45,840 nt of DNA, taken from an uncultured Acidimicrobiales bacterium (lineage in GTDB: Bacteria > Actinomycetota > Acidimicrobiia > Acidimicrobiales > SHLQ01). Shown here one piece after another: positions 6,966-15,160 of this stretch (positions are counted from its first letter, which is position 1; each line of letters starts with the position of its first letter). The translations under genes and the position numbers were made by a program. Under the pieces are notes generated by a model that searched no databases, was not told the origin of the DNA, and was given only the letters and a program-made list of their open reading frames with translations. The stretch lies in NCBI GenBank assembly GCA_937969565.1, contig CALBVR010000098.1, positions 1 to 45,840 on the forward strand. The letters are read 5' to 3'.

Positions 6966-9109
6966 ATCTCAATCCCCCCTCTGAACATCAACTGCTCGTC
7001 TTCTGGGTGGGTCTGCTCGTCATCTTCGTGACCGCCAAGCTCTTCGGCATGGCGATGAAGCGGATCGGCCAACCCGCCGTCGTCGGCGAACTGGCCGCCG
7101 GCCTCGTCCTCGGACCATCGATCCTCGGCCGGATCTCGCCGGACATCACCGGTTGGCTGTTCCCGGACGACGACGCCCAAACGGCGATGCTCTTCACGGT
7201 CGGCTGGATCGGCGTGCTCCTCCTGCTCGTCGCCACCGGGTTCGAGACGGACCTCGGCCTGATACGGCGACTGGGTTCGGCGGCCACCGCAGTGTCCGCC
7301 GGATCGCTGCTCGTCCCGATGGCGGCTGGACTCGCCGTGGGCTGGTTCATCCCCGCGGCCTTTCTCGGCGACGACACGAGCCGTCTGGTCTTCGCGCTCT
7401 TCATCGCCACCGCGCTGTCGATCTCCTCGCTGCCGGTCATCGCCAAGATCCTCGGCGAGATGGGACTGATGCGTCGGAACTTCGGGCAGCTGACGCTGGC
7501 CGCCGGCATGGCGAACGACGTGATCGGCTGGATCGCACTCGGCTTCATCGCCGGCCTCGCCCAGGCCGGTGGTGTGAAGCTCGACAAGCTGGCGATCACG
7601 CTCGTCGGGCTCACCGCCTTCTTCCTCTTCGCATTCACGATCGGTCAGCGACTCGTGGACCGTGGTCTCCGTTCGGTACGCGCCGGCGGCGACAACCCGG
7701 TGGCCGCGACCGGCGTGATCCTGTTGACGGCGCTCTCGTTTGGTGTGGTCACCCAGTGGCTCCACGTCGAGGCCGTGCTCGGGGCGTTCGTCGCCGGCGT
7801 GATCGTCGCCCGTTCGAGGTTTGCCGATCACAAGTTGGTCGAGCCGATCGAGACGATGACCACGGCGATCTTCGCCCCCGTCTTCTTTGCGACCGCCGGC
7901 CTCCGAGTCGACCTCGGCCTGCTGTTCGACATCGAAACGCTCATCTGGGGTGTCATCGTGTTGGTGGCGGCCTCGCTCTCCAAGTTCTTCGGTTCGCTCA
8001 TCGGTGCGGCGGCCGTGGGGCTCAGCAACCGTGAAGGTGCGGCCCTCGGTGTGGGATTGAATGCCCGAGGCGCATTGGAAATCGTGATCGCCACCGTGGG
8101 GCTTTCGCTCGGTGTGCTGAACGATCGCTCGTACACCGTGATCGTGCTGATGGCGATGGCCACGTCCATGTTCGCCCCACCGATGCTGCGCAAGGTGCTG
8201 GGCGGTTGGGAAGGCTCGACCGAGGAGCGCAAGCGCCTCGAGACAGAAAAGCAGTTGGATGCGAACATCGTCGTTCGCGGTGGCGCGGTTCTGCTCCCGA
8301 CCCGCGGTGGTCTGTCCTCGTTGCTCGCCGCCCAGGTGGTCGACCTGGCCTGGCCCAAGTCGACGGAGATCACGTTGCTCACTGTGGGCGACGATCGTGG
8401 CGTCGACGTGCAGGCGTTCCGAAACGTCTTCCACGGACGCACGGTTCGACATGAGTTCGCGGGCTCCGACGTGGGGCTGGTGGAGGCCGTGGCCGCGGAG
8501 GCGAAACTTGGCTACGACGCCATCGTCGTCGGGTCCTCCACTCGGGTTGATGCAGAGCATCTCCTGTCCCCGGCCGTCGATGCGATCATGATGGCCTCGA
8601 CCATCCCGACGGTGGTGGTGCGGAGGCCGAAGAATCTCGACCAGCTGCCATGGGCGTTCGGTCGCGCGATCGTTCCGATCTCGGGCCGCTCGTCGGCTCG
8701 GGCCGCGCAGGAGATCGCCGGCTACCTCTCGTCATCGATCGGCACGGATCTCCAACAGGTGCACGTCGCGGCGCCGGTGTCTGCGGCGGGTGCGCTTCTG
8801 CCCCGCGAGTCCGCCCGGACGCGTGACGTCGTCCAGCGAGCCGAGGAATTGGCCACGGTTCTGGGCGCGAACTCGTCGACGTGGGTGGCGCATCACGAGA
8901 ACACGGCGACCGCGATCGCCGATGCGGCAACCGAACTGCGGGCCGACATGGTCGTCGCCGCGGGAACCGTGCGAAGGATCGGCGACCACCCCTATCTGGG
9001 TGACACGGTGCAGGATCTGATCCGTTCCACGACGACCTCCTTGATCATCGTTGCCACGCCGGATCCGCACCGCGCCGAGCCGACGGAGCACGAGGCGGTG
9101 GCTCAGTGA
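6962..9109 (+). CDS. Cation:proton antiporter (CPA2, Na_H_Exchanger family) with two C-terminal USP-like domains
   Basis: 715 aa. The N-terminal ~400 aa is polytopic (GQPAVVGELAAGLVLGPSILG, typical Kef/NapA-type start). The C-terminal ~290 aa holds two USP-like alpha/beta modules. Confidence 0.9.
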   Translation: MNLNPPSEHQLLVFWVGLLVIFVTAKLFGMAMKRIGQPAVVGELAAGLVLGPSILGRISPDITGWLFPDDDAQTAMLFTVGWIGVLLLLVATGFETDLGLIRRLGSAATAVSAGSLLVPMAAGLAVGWFIPAAFLGDDTSRLVFALFIATALSISSLPVIAKILGEMGLMRRNFGQLTLAAGMANDVIGWIALGFIAGLAQAGGVKLDKLAITLVGLTAFFLFAFTIGQRLVDRGLRSVRAGGDNPVAATGVILLTALSFGVVTQWLHVEAVLGAFVAGVIVARSRFADHKLVEPIETMTTAIFAPVFFATAGLRVDLGLLFDIETLIWGVIVLVAASLSKFFGSLIGAAAVGLSNREGAALGVGLNARGALEIVIATVGLSLGVLNDRSYTVIVLMAMATSMFAPPMLRKVLGGWEGSTEERKRLETEKQLDANIVVRGGAVLLPTRGGLSSLLAAQVVDLAWPKSTEITLLTVGDDRGVDVQAFRNVFHGRTVRHEFAGSDVGLVEAVAAEAKLGYDAIVVGSSTRVDAEHLLSPAVDAIMMASTIPTVVVRRPKNLDQLPWAFGRAIVPISGRSSARAAQEIAGYLSSSIGTDLQQVHVAAPVSAAGALLPRESARTRDVVQRAEELATVLGANSSTWVAHHENTATAIADAATELRADMVVAAGTVRRIGDHPYLGDTVQDLIRSTTTSLIIVATPDPHRAEPTEHEAVAQ

Positions 9110-9156
9110 GCGTGATGACTCAAACATCCCTGTCGAAAAGCAGACATTGGAACAGG

Positions 9157-9162
9157 TATGGT
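9157..9162 (+). promoter_or_regulatory. -10-like TATGGT, 6 nt before the ATG at 9169
   Basis: TAnnnT-N6-ATG geometry. The segment 9110-9168 is AT-rich and looks non-coding. Confidence 0.35.
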
Positions 9163-9168
9163 CCAGAG

Positions 9169-9468
9169 ATGTCGATGACCGTGCCGACCCCAGAATTGCC
9201 GTCCTGGACCTTCCTCACGAACCACGCGCATGTGTTGATCGTGATCAGTCGAGACCCCGATCTGCGTCAGCGTGACATCAGCTATCTGGTGGGCATCACG
9301 CCTGGTGCCGTCCAGCGGATCCTGCACGATCTTGAAGAGGGTGGCTACATCACCAGTGAACGGATCGGGCGTCGGAACCGGTACAGCGTGATTGGCGAGG
9401 GGCCGCTACGTCACCCGCTCGAGAACGGTCACACGGTCGAGGATCTGCTCCGTTCGCTCGAGGACTGA
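9169..9468 (+). CDS. Winged-helix (ArsR/MarR-like) transcriptional regulator
   Basis: Contains ...ELPSWTFLTNHAHVLIVISRDPDLRQRDISYLVGITPGAVQRILHDLEEGGYITSERIGRRNRY. The track start (GTG 9106) is possible, but I prefer ATG 9169 because of the leaderless geometry. Confidence 0.7.
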   Translation: MSMTVPTPELPSWTFLTNHAHVLIVISRDPDLRQRDISYLVGITPGAVQRILHDLEEGGYITSERIGRRNRYSVIGEGPLRHPLENGHTVEDLLRSLED

Positions 9469-9480
9469 CCCGACGGGACG

Positions 9481-10494
9481 TCAGCAGAGGCGGCCGCGGA
9501 GCGACGCAAGTTCGTCGCGTGTGCCCATGGCGATGACGATGTCGCCTGCCGCGAGTTGTTGTTCGGCTGGTGGGTTGACGGTGTAGCCGTCGGGCCGGCG
9601 TACGGCCAGGACGAGTGATCGCTCGCCGGGGGAGTGAATCTCGCCGATGGTCCCGACCGAGCTGCCGAGCTCGAACTCCTGGACGGTCACGCCCGCCTCG
9701 TCGTTCGCGATGACCTCGTCGAGGAAGTCGGCCACGTGGGGCTGGAGCGCCAGGGCGGCCATTCGGGAGCCGCCGATCTCGTGTGGATTGGCGACGTGGT
9801 TGGCGCCGGCCTGCCGGAGCTTCGCCTCGTTCTTGTGGTCGTTGATGCGAGCCACGATCATCAGGTCGGGTCGCATGCTGCGGGCGGACAGGCAGACGAA
9901 GAGGTTGTCGGCGTCGTGGTCGAGCGCAAGGATCAGCGCCCGAGCCCGCTCGATCCCCGCATCGACGAGCGTGTCGTCGTCGGTCGCCTCACCGACCACC
10001 AGGAGATCGATGGGCTCTCCGATGGATCCGTCGCGATCGATGAGGACGACGTCGCCCCCGGCGCGCTGCACGGAGCGCGCCACTGAGCGGCCGACCTGCC
10101 CCCAGCCGGCGACGATGGTGTGGTCTGAGATCTTGTCGATGGATCGCACGATACGTCTCCTCCGGAGCTCGGTGTTGAGGCTGCCTTCGATCAGGTTGTC
10201 TGCGGCGAGACCGAGTGTGTACAGCACACTCGCAACGCCCACGATGATGAGGACGAGGGTGAAGGCACGGTAGACCTCGAGATCGTCGACGCGCTCACTG
10301 CCGATTTCCGCGAACCCGACCGTCGTGATGACGACGACGGTCTGGTAGATCGCGTCGAACCAGGACAGACCCAGGATGCGGTAGCCGACCGATCCGACGA
10401 TGACCACGAGGGCGACGGCGCCAAGGCCAGCACGCAAGCGCCGCCACGGTTCGTCCTCGTGGCGAGCGCGTTGCTCCCGGATCAACTGCATCAT
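9481..10494 (-). CDS. 2TM ion channel with RCK (TrkA-N/TrkA-C) domains (MthK-like); filter is TTVGFAE
   Basis: 337 aa with an M1-pore helix-filter-M2 layout (WFDAIYQTVVVITTVGFAEIG). This is followed by a Rossmann GWGQVG and a TrkA-C-like end. Confidence 0.85.
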   Translation of the reverse strand: MMQLIREQRARHEDEPWRRLRAGLGAVALVVIVGSVGYRILGLSWFDAIYQTVVVITTVGFAEIGSERVDDLEVYRAFTLVLIIVGVASVLYTLGLAADNLIEGSLNTELRRRRIVRSIDKISDHTIVAGWGQVGRSVARSVQRAGGDVVLIDRDGSIGEPIDLLVVGEATDDDTLVDAGIERARALILALDHDADNLFVCLSARSMRPDLMIVARINDHKNEAKLRQAGANHVANPHEIGGSRMAALALQPHVADFLDEVIANDEAGVTVQEFELGSSVGTIGEIHSPGERSLVLAVRRPDGYTVNPPAEQQLAAGDIVIAMGTRDELASLRGRLC

Positions 10495-10500
10495 CGCGCC

Positions 10501-10506
10501 AACCTA
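10501..10506 (-). promoter_or_regulatory. -10-like TAGGTT, 6 nt before the channel ATG
   Basis: The minus-sense sequence reads TAGGTT-ggcgcg-ATGATG. Confidence 0.3.
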
Positions 10507-10574
10507 GTGCTCACCTTGCGAAGGCAGCAGCCGAATGACTGGACGAACGTTCAGTTCGCGGCGACGATGGGCAC

Positions 10575-11798
10575 ATGCATCCAGACCAGCTGGTCGCCAG
10601 CGACCTGTGGAGCGAGCTGTCGGCCACCCGGGATCTGCCGGTGATCGACCACGATCGGCTGCACGAGTATCGAATGGGCCGGCTCCGCAACGAGCTCGCC
10701 GACCGCGACGCCGACATGGTGCTCGTCCACAATCCGGTCTCGCTCCGGTACGCGATGGACTATCGCACCTACACGCTGTTCCAGAGCCGAACACCGACGA
10801 CGTATGCGTACGTGGCGCTCGATGGGCCGACGATCGCGTATGAGGGCTACGGCGACATGCCGCGGGCGTCCGAGATGCGTCGGGGTCATGCGCTCTCCTA
10901 CTTCGATGGCGGCGAGGGCATGGCGGCCGCATCCGGACGGCTTGCCGATGATGTCGTCCGCTACCTCGACGACATCGGTGCCACGCGCCGACGGGTCGCG
11001 CTCGAGTACATCAATCCATCGGTGGTCCAGGCCCTGGAACAACGTGGCGTGGAGGTCATCGATGGCATGAACGTCACCGAGCGGGCACGGCTCATCAAGT
11101 CCAAGGACGAGGTCGCCTGCATGCGCTGGGCGGTCGCAGTCGCCGAGCATGCGATTGCACACGTGGAGCAGGCCGTCCGGCCGGGTGTCTCCGAACTGCA
11201 GCTGTGGGGCCTGCTCAACTACACGAACCTGGCGAACGACGGCGACTGGCACGACGGCCGAATGCTCGCCTCCGGCCCACGCACCAATCCGTGGTTGCAG
11301 GAGGCGTCGCCGAGACGACTCGAGGCCGGCGACCTGGTCGCCTTCGACACGGACATGGTCGGGCCGTTCGGCTACTTCGCCGACATCAGTCGCACCATGT
11401 TCTGCGGGCCCGGATCGCCATCGGCCCGCCAGCGCGAGCTCTACGACCACGCTCGCCGGGAGGTCGAACACAACCGGGCCCTCGTACGGCCGGGCATCAC
11501 GTTGCTCGAGTTCCAGGAGCAGTCCTACGAACAGCTCGAAGAGTTCCACGAGCTCGCCTACCCATGCATCGTTCACGCCGTCGGAATGTGCGACGAGTAC
11601 CCGCGCATCGACCCTCGACACCGCGGACCGAATCGATACGACGACGTGCTGCAGCCGGGAATGGTGCTGTGCATCGAGAGCTATGTCGGTGCCGTCGGCG
11701 AGCGCGACGGCGTGAAGCTGGAAGAGCAGGTGCTCGTGACGGAGGACGGCTACGAGCAGCTGACGTCCTACCCGCTCGACGAGCGACTGATGGGCTGA
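10575..11798 (+). CDS. M24-family metalloenzyme (creatinase / DddP-like rather than classic prolidase)
   Basis: 407 aa. Pita-bread fold ligands are present: AFDTDMVGPFGYFADISRT, VHAVGMCDEYP, LCIESY and KLEEQVLVTEDGYEQLTSYP. Confidence 0.85.
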   Translation: MHPDQLVASDLWSELSATRDLPVIDHDRLHEYRMGRLRNELADRDADMVLVHNPVSLRYAMDYRTYTLFQSRTPTTYAYVALDGPTIAYEGYGDMPRASEMRRGHALSYFDGGEGMAAASGRLADDVVRYLDDIGATRRRVALEYINPSVVQALEQRGVEVIDGMNVTERARLIKSKDEVACMRWAVAVAEHAIAHVEQAVRPGVSELQLWGLLNYTNLANDGDWHDGRMLASGPRTNPWLQEASPRRLEAGDLVAFDTDMVGPFGYFADISRTMFCGPGSPSARQRELYDHARREVEHNRALVRPGITLLEFQEQSYEQLEEFHELAYPCIVHAVGMCDEYPRIDPRHRGPNRYDDVLQPGMVLCIESYVGAVGERDGVKLEEQVLVTEDGYEQLTSYPLDERLMG

Positions 11799-11801
11799 AA
11801 T

Positions 11802-14108
11802 TCAGGGCGCAGAACGCACGAGGTCGCCGCCGGCGCGCTCGTCGGAAACGGAGCCGTCCGAGGTGGCGAGGTCGACGGTTGCAGTCGGACCATCGGACCA
11901 GACGGTTGAACGTCGGAATTCGGCGATCACCGAGTGGCCGCTCATGAACATCACCCATCCGGCCACGAAGGTCATGAAGGCGCCGACCCCGGCAATCGAG
12001 TCCAAGCCATTGGCCACTCGAACCAGGGAGAGGGTGAACCCGGCCGTGAGCACGATGATGCCGACTCCGAGAGCGCAGAGCAGTGCGGACGTCTTCCACC
12101 GCAGCTGCTCATCGCGGGTGGCGACACCCGATGCCGCGACACCGGTCGCGACCGCGGCGGCACTCAGTGCGATCGCCATCCAGCCGAGCGCCGGCCCGTC
12201 GGGATCGACCCCCGAGTAGACGATGGTGAGCCGGTCAGGGGTGTCCGCAGATCGCTCCACTGACTCGGGTCGGCTGTCGAACAACCAGCCCCATTCGGTT
12301 CGCGTCTCAGCCGTCCCAACGCCGAAGACGGAGCCAATCACGACAAGGAGTGCAAGAACGAGGAGAACGAACTGGCCGGTCGATGCCGTGGCGGCGAGTG
12401 GCCGGCGGGTCGCATACGGAGCGGTGGACATCGCGAGTGCGGCGCCGCCGAACATGACGAATCCACCGCCTGCGGCAAGGGGAGCGCCGATGCCGACGGT
12501 GTGGTCGACGACGAACGCAGATGGCTGGAGGACCAGATAGCCGATGGCTCCACAGATCACTCCGCTGGACGCGATCAGAAGTCCATCCGCACCGAGCCGG
12601 GGGCTCCCTGCCACGACGCCCTCCGCCATGACCAAGAGGATGCAGGTGCCAAACAGTCCGAGACCGATCGTTGAGAGCGGCCCGATTTCAGAACCAACGA
12701 AGTTGAGCGCCCACATCACGCCGATGACGACGACGATGGCCGCCAACAACACCCCCTGCGCACGAGCCAACAACTGGACGATCGCTGGTCGGGGAGGCAG
12801 AAGTGGCCGCAGTGCGCAGAGCAGGCCGCACGCTGCGCAGACCACGACGAACACACCGAAAAAGGAGCCACCGGATGCGGAGACGCCGTTGAAGCTCTGA
12901 CCCTGGAGTTCGCCGTTCGCGTTCTCGTCGGCGAATCGGGCCCAGGAGCTGATTCGGCCGGCATTGGTTCCCCATGTCGAAACCGCACCGACGAGGGCAA
13001 GCACACCGCCGGCGCCGCCAAGCAGCAATCCGGTTCGCTCACGGGGCTTCACGTGTGCCGGCGATTCGACCGACACTGGCTCGTCGCCGGCGTCGGCTGC
13101 TCGTTCGGCGAGCAGGCCGGTCGGGCTCTTGCGAAAGCTCCACGCCTGTCGCAAGTGGGTGAACAGGCTGACGCCGTCCTGATCCTCCGTCTGCGACATT
13201 CGATCGAGCGCAACCGCCAACATGAAGAAGGCCAGCCCGGCGGATGCGGCGAGTCCGAGGTTCAGGTTGTTGATGGCGCGGTAGAGGAGCCGGCCCAGGC
13301 CGCCTGCGCCCATCAGCGCGGCGATGCCAAGCATGGAGAAGGCAAGGAGCAGGGTCTGGTTGAGGCCGGTCATGATCGCAGGCCGTGCGAGCGGAAGCTG
13401 GACTCCCGTGAGCACTTTCCACTCGGTGGCGCCGTAGGCGCGTGATGCCTCGACCACGTCCTCGGGCACCTGCCGGATGCCGAGGTTGGTGAGCCGGACG
13501 ATCGGAGGCAGAGCGAAGACCATCGTGACCATCGTCGCGGACACGTTGCCGAGTCCGAAGAAGAAGATGAAGGGCAGCATGAAGACGAACGGATGGATCA
13601 CCTGCATGGCGTCGAGTGTTGGTCGCACGATGGACCAAACGCCGTCGATGCGACCGGACAGGATGCCCAGCGGGATCCCAACGAGCGCGCACAGGGTGAC
13701 CGCGACGATGATCATGCCGATCGTCCGGGCGGTCTCGCCCCAATACTCGCCGCCAAGGAATCCGCATACGGACAACATCGCGGCGCAGGCCAGACCGACC
13801 CTGGTGTTGCGGACGAAGGAACCGACGAGGAAGAAGCCGACGACCACCCACAACCAGGGAATCGTTTCGATCGAGCTGCGGTCCACTCTCTCGGAGAGGA
13901 TCAGCTCGAACAGGAACTCGAAGGGCCACTCGATCGCGTCGCCGATGAATGACGACACCGGATTGTTGACCATCCAGAAGACGAGCTCCTTGATCCACTC
14001 ACCGAACGGAAAGCGGAATCCTTCGGGCCATTGGTTGTCGAAGAATCCCGGTTCGGTCTGTGCAAGAAGGCTGCCGCTGCGACTGTTCATGATCATCCCC
14101 CGGGACAC
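11802..14108 (-). CDS. ProW/OpuAB-type (glycine betaine class) ABC permease fused to a ~450-aa polytopic C-terminal domain
   Basis: 768 aa. The N-terminal ~310 aa carries the binding-protein-dependent permease signature (LTNLGIRQVPEDVVEASRAYGATEWKVLTGVQLPLARPAIMTG). The remainder holds ~10 predicted TM helices with no motif I recognise. Confidence 0.85.
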   Translation of the reverse strand: MSRGMIMNSRSGSLLAQTEPGFFDNQWPEGFRFPFGEWIKELVFWMVNNPVSSFIGDAIEWPFEFLFELILSERVDRSSIETIPWLWVVVGFFLVGSFVRNTRVGLACAAMLSVCGFLGGEYWGETARTIGMIIVAVTLCALVGIPLGILSGRIDGVWSIVRPTLDAMQVIHPFVFMLPFIFFFGLGNVSATMVTMVFALPPIVRLTNLGIRQVPEDVVEASRAYGATEWKVLTGVQLPLARPAIMTGLNQTLLLAFSMLGIAALMGAGGLGRLLYRAINNLNLGLAASAGLAFFMLAVALDRMSQTEDQDGVSLFTHLRQAWSFRKSPTGLLAERAADAGDEPVSVESPAHVKPRERTGLLLGGAGGVLALVGAVSTWGTNAGRISSWARFADENANGELQGQSFNGVSASGGSFFGVFVVVCAACGLLCALRPLLPPRPAIVQLLARAQGVLLAAIVVVIGVMWALNFVGSEIGPLSTIGLGLFGTCILLVMAEGVVAGSPRLGADGLLIASSGVICGAIGYLVLQPSAFVVDHTVGIGAPLAAGGGFVMFGGAALAMSTAPYATRRPLAATASTGQFVLLVLALLVVIGSVFGVGTAETRTEWGWLFDSRPESVERSADTPDRLTIVYSGVDPDGPALGWMAIALSAAAVATGVAASGVATRDEQLRWKTSALLCALGVGIIVLTAGFTLSLVRVANGLDSIAGVGAFMTFVAGWVMFMSGHSVIAEFRRSTVWSDGPTATVDLATSDGSVSDERAGGDLVRSAP

Positions 14109-14147
14109 GATCTGGAGATCGTCGTCTATGGGGTGAGAGCGCGTTCA

Positions 14148-14176
14148 GCAGAAATTCAGCGACAAGGAATTTCTGC
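14148..14176 (-). terminator. Perfect 10-bp stem hairpin (GCAGAAATTC-N9-GAATTTCTGC) after the LAXTG-protein gene
   Basis: Seen directly, 10 nt downstream of the stop at 14186. There is no U-tract, so it may be I-shaped or merely stabilising. Confidence 0.4.
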
Positions 14177-14185
14177 GGCCGATGA

Positions 14186-15160
14186 TCAGGCGGTTCGTCG
14201 CCGGTCCGCCAGAAGCAGGAGAAAGCCGACCTGGAAGAGGATCAGCGCGGCGCCCACGAGTCGAATCGTGAGCACGCCGGATCCGGTGATCGCGAGCTCG
14301 GGAACGACCGGTTGATCCGGTGTCAGCCCGGGGTCACCGGGGTCACCACGATCGAGATCGTCCGGGTTGTTGGGGTCCGGATCGTCGTCGGGGATGGCTC
14401 GGTCCGGGTCGTCGGGGTCAGGGGTGTCGTCGGCGCCGCCGGGGTTGTCGCCGGGACCAGGGTCCTCGTCGTCGGGGATCGCTCGGTCCGGGTCATCGGG
14501 GTCCGGGTCATCGGGATCGGGGGTGTCGTCGGCGCCGCCGGGGTTGTCGCCGGGACCGGGGTCGTCGTCGGGGATCGCTCGATCCGGGATGCCGTCGTCG
14601 GGATTGCCGGGGTCGGGAATGGCCCGGTCTGGGCTGTCGTCAGGATTCGGGGTGTCGCCGTCGGGATCGGCTGGATCGCCTGGCAGTTCACCGACCTGGG
14701 TGAATCCGACGCACACGGGATTCACCGAGTTGATGCCACCCTGACCGAGATGATGAAGCGTGATCGTGGTGCTTGCCGGGACGACCTGCCCCGCCATCAC
14801 CGTGACGTTCGCGTCGAGCTCGTCCGGCAGGTCGTCGGTGGCGCTCGAATGCCAACCGGAGTCCAGGGCGAACCACCAGCGCTCGGCTTCCTGATCGATC
14901 TGGCCGTCCTGCGTGCTGTGCGAGTCGTTGGATCGCATCACGACGTCGTACGTGCCCGCCGGCAGGTTGATCGAGAACGGTCCCGCCTGATGGCTGATGC
15001 CGTCGTTCAGGAGTCGGGTTCCCTCGAAGGAGAAACTGATGGTGCCGCAGTCGGCGTTGGCGCCCGCCGAACCGACGCTCCCGGCGATCGTGGCCGCCAG
15101 CACCGCGGCTCCGAGGAGCGCGCCGGTTCGGCGTTGGTGAACTTGCGATCGTCGTGGCAT
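14186..15160 (-). CDS. Secreted, cell-wall-anchored (LAXTG sorting signal) acidic Pro/Asp-repeat protein
   Basis: Start taken at the internal ATG 15160, giving the signal peptide MPRRSQVHQRRTGALLGAAVLAATIAGSVGSAGANA. The architecture is a ~150-aa Cys-bounded domain, PDRAIPD/PGPGDNPGGADDTPDPDD repeats, LAITG (14282-14296), a hydrophobic helix and a DRRRTA tail. Confidence 0.75.
   Translation of the reverse strand: MPRRSQVHQRRTGALLGAAVLAATIAGSVGSAGANADCGTISFSFEGTRLLNDGISHQAGPFSINLPAGTYDVVMRSNDSHSTQDGQIDQEAERWWFALDSGWHSSATDDLPDELDANVTVMAGQVVPASTTITLHHLGQGGINSVNPVCVGFTQVGELPGDPADPDGDTPNPDDSPDRAIPDPGNPDDGIPDRAIPDDDPGPGDNPGGADDTPDPDDPDPDDPDRAIPDDEDPGPGDNPGGADDTPDPDDPDRAIPDDDPDPNNPDDLDRGDPGDPGLTPDQPVVPELAITGSGVLTIRLVGAALILFQVGFLLLLADRRRTA
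14385..14640 (-). repeat. In-frame tandem repeat, period 99 nt (33 aa), ~2.3 copies, plus shorter PDRAIPD units
   Basis: The block ggggtgtcgtcggcgccgccggggttgtcgccgggacc starts at 14421 and recurs at 14520. It encodes the Pro/Asp-rich linker. Confidence 0.85.

Noticed and set aside
10544-10553. The GAACGTTC palindrome between the channel and M24 genes, considered as an SOS/Cheo box.
   Set aside because: It lacks the 4-nt spacer between the GAAC and GTTC halves, and the flanks do not match TCGAAC/GTTCGA.
14320-14744. Repetitive DNA with ORFs in several frames, considered as a possible CRISPR or minisatellite locus.
   Set aside because: The repeats are contiguous with no unique spacers. They are in frame and encode the Pro/Asp stalk of the LAXTG protein. 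The other-frame ORFs (Gly/Arg or Ser/Gly runs) are by-products.
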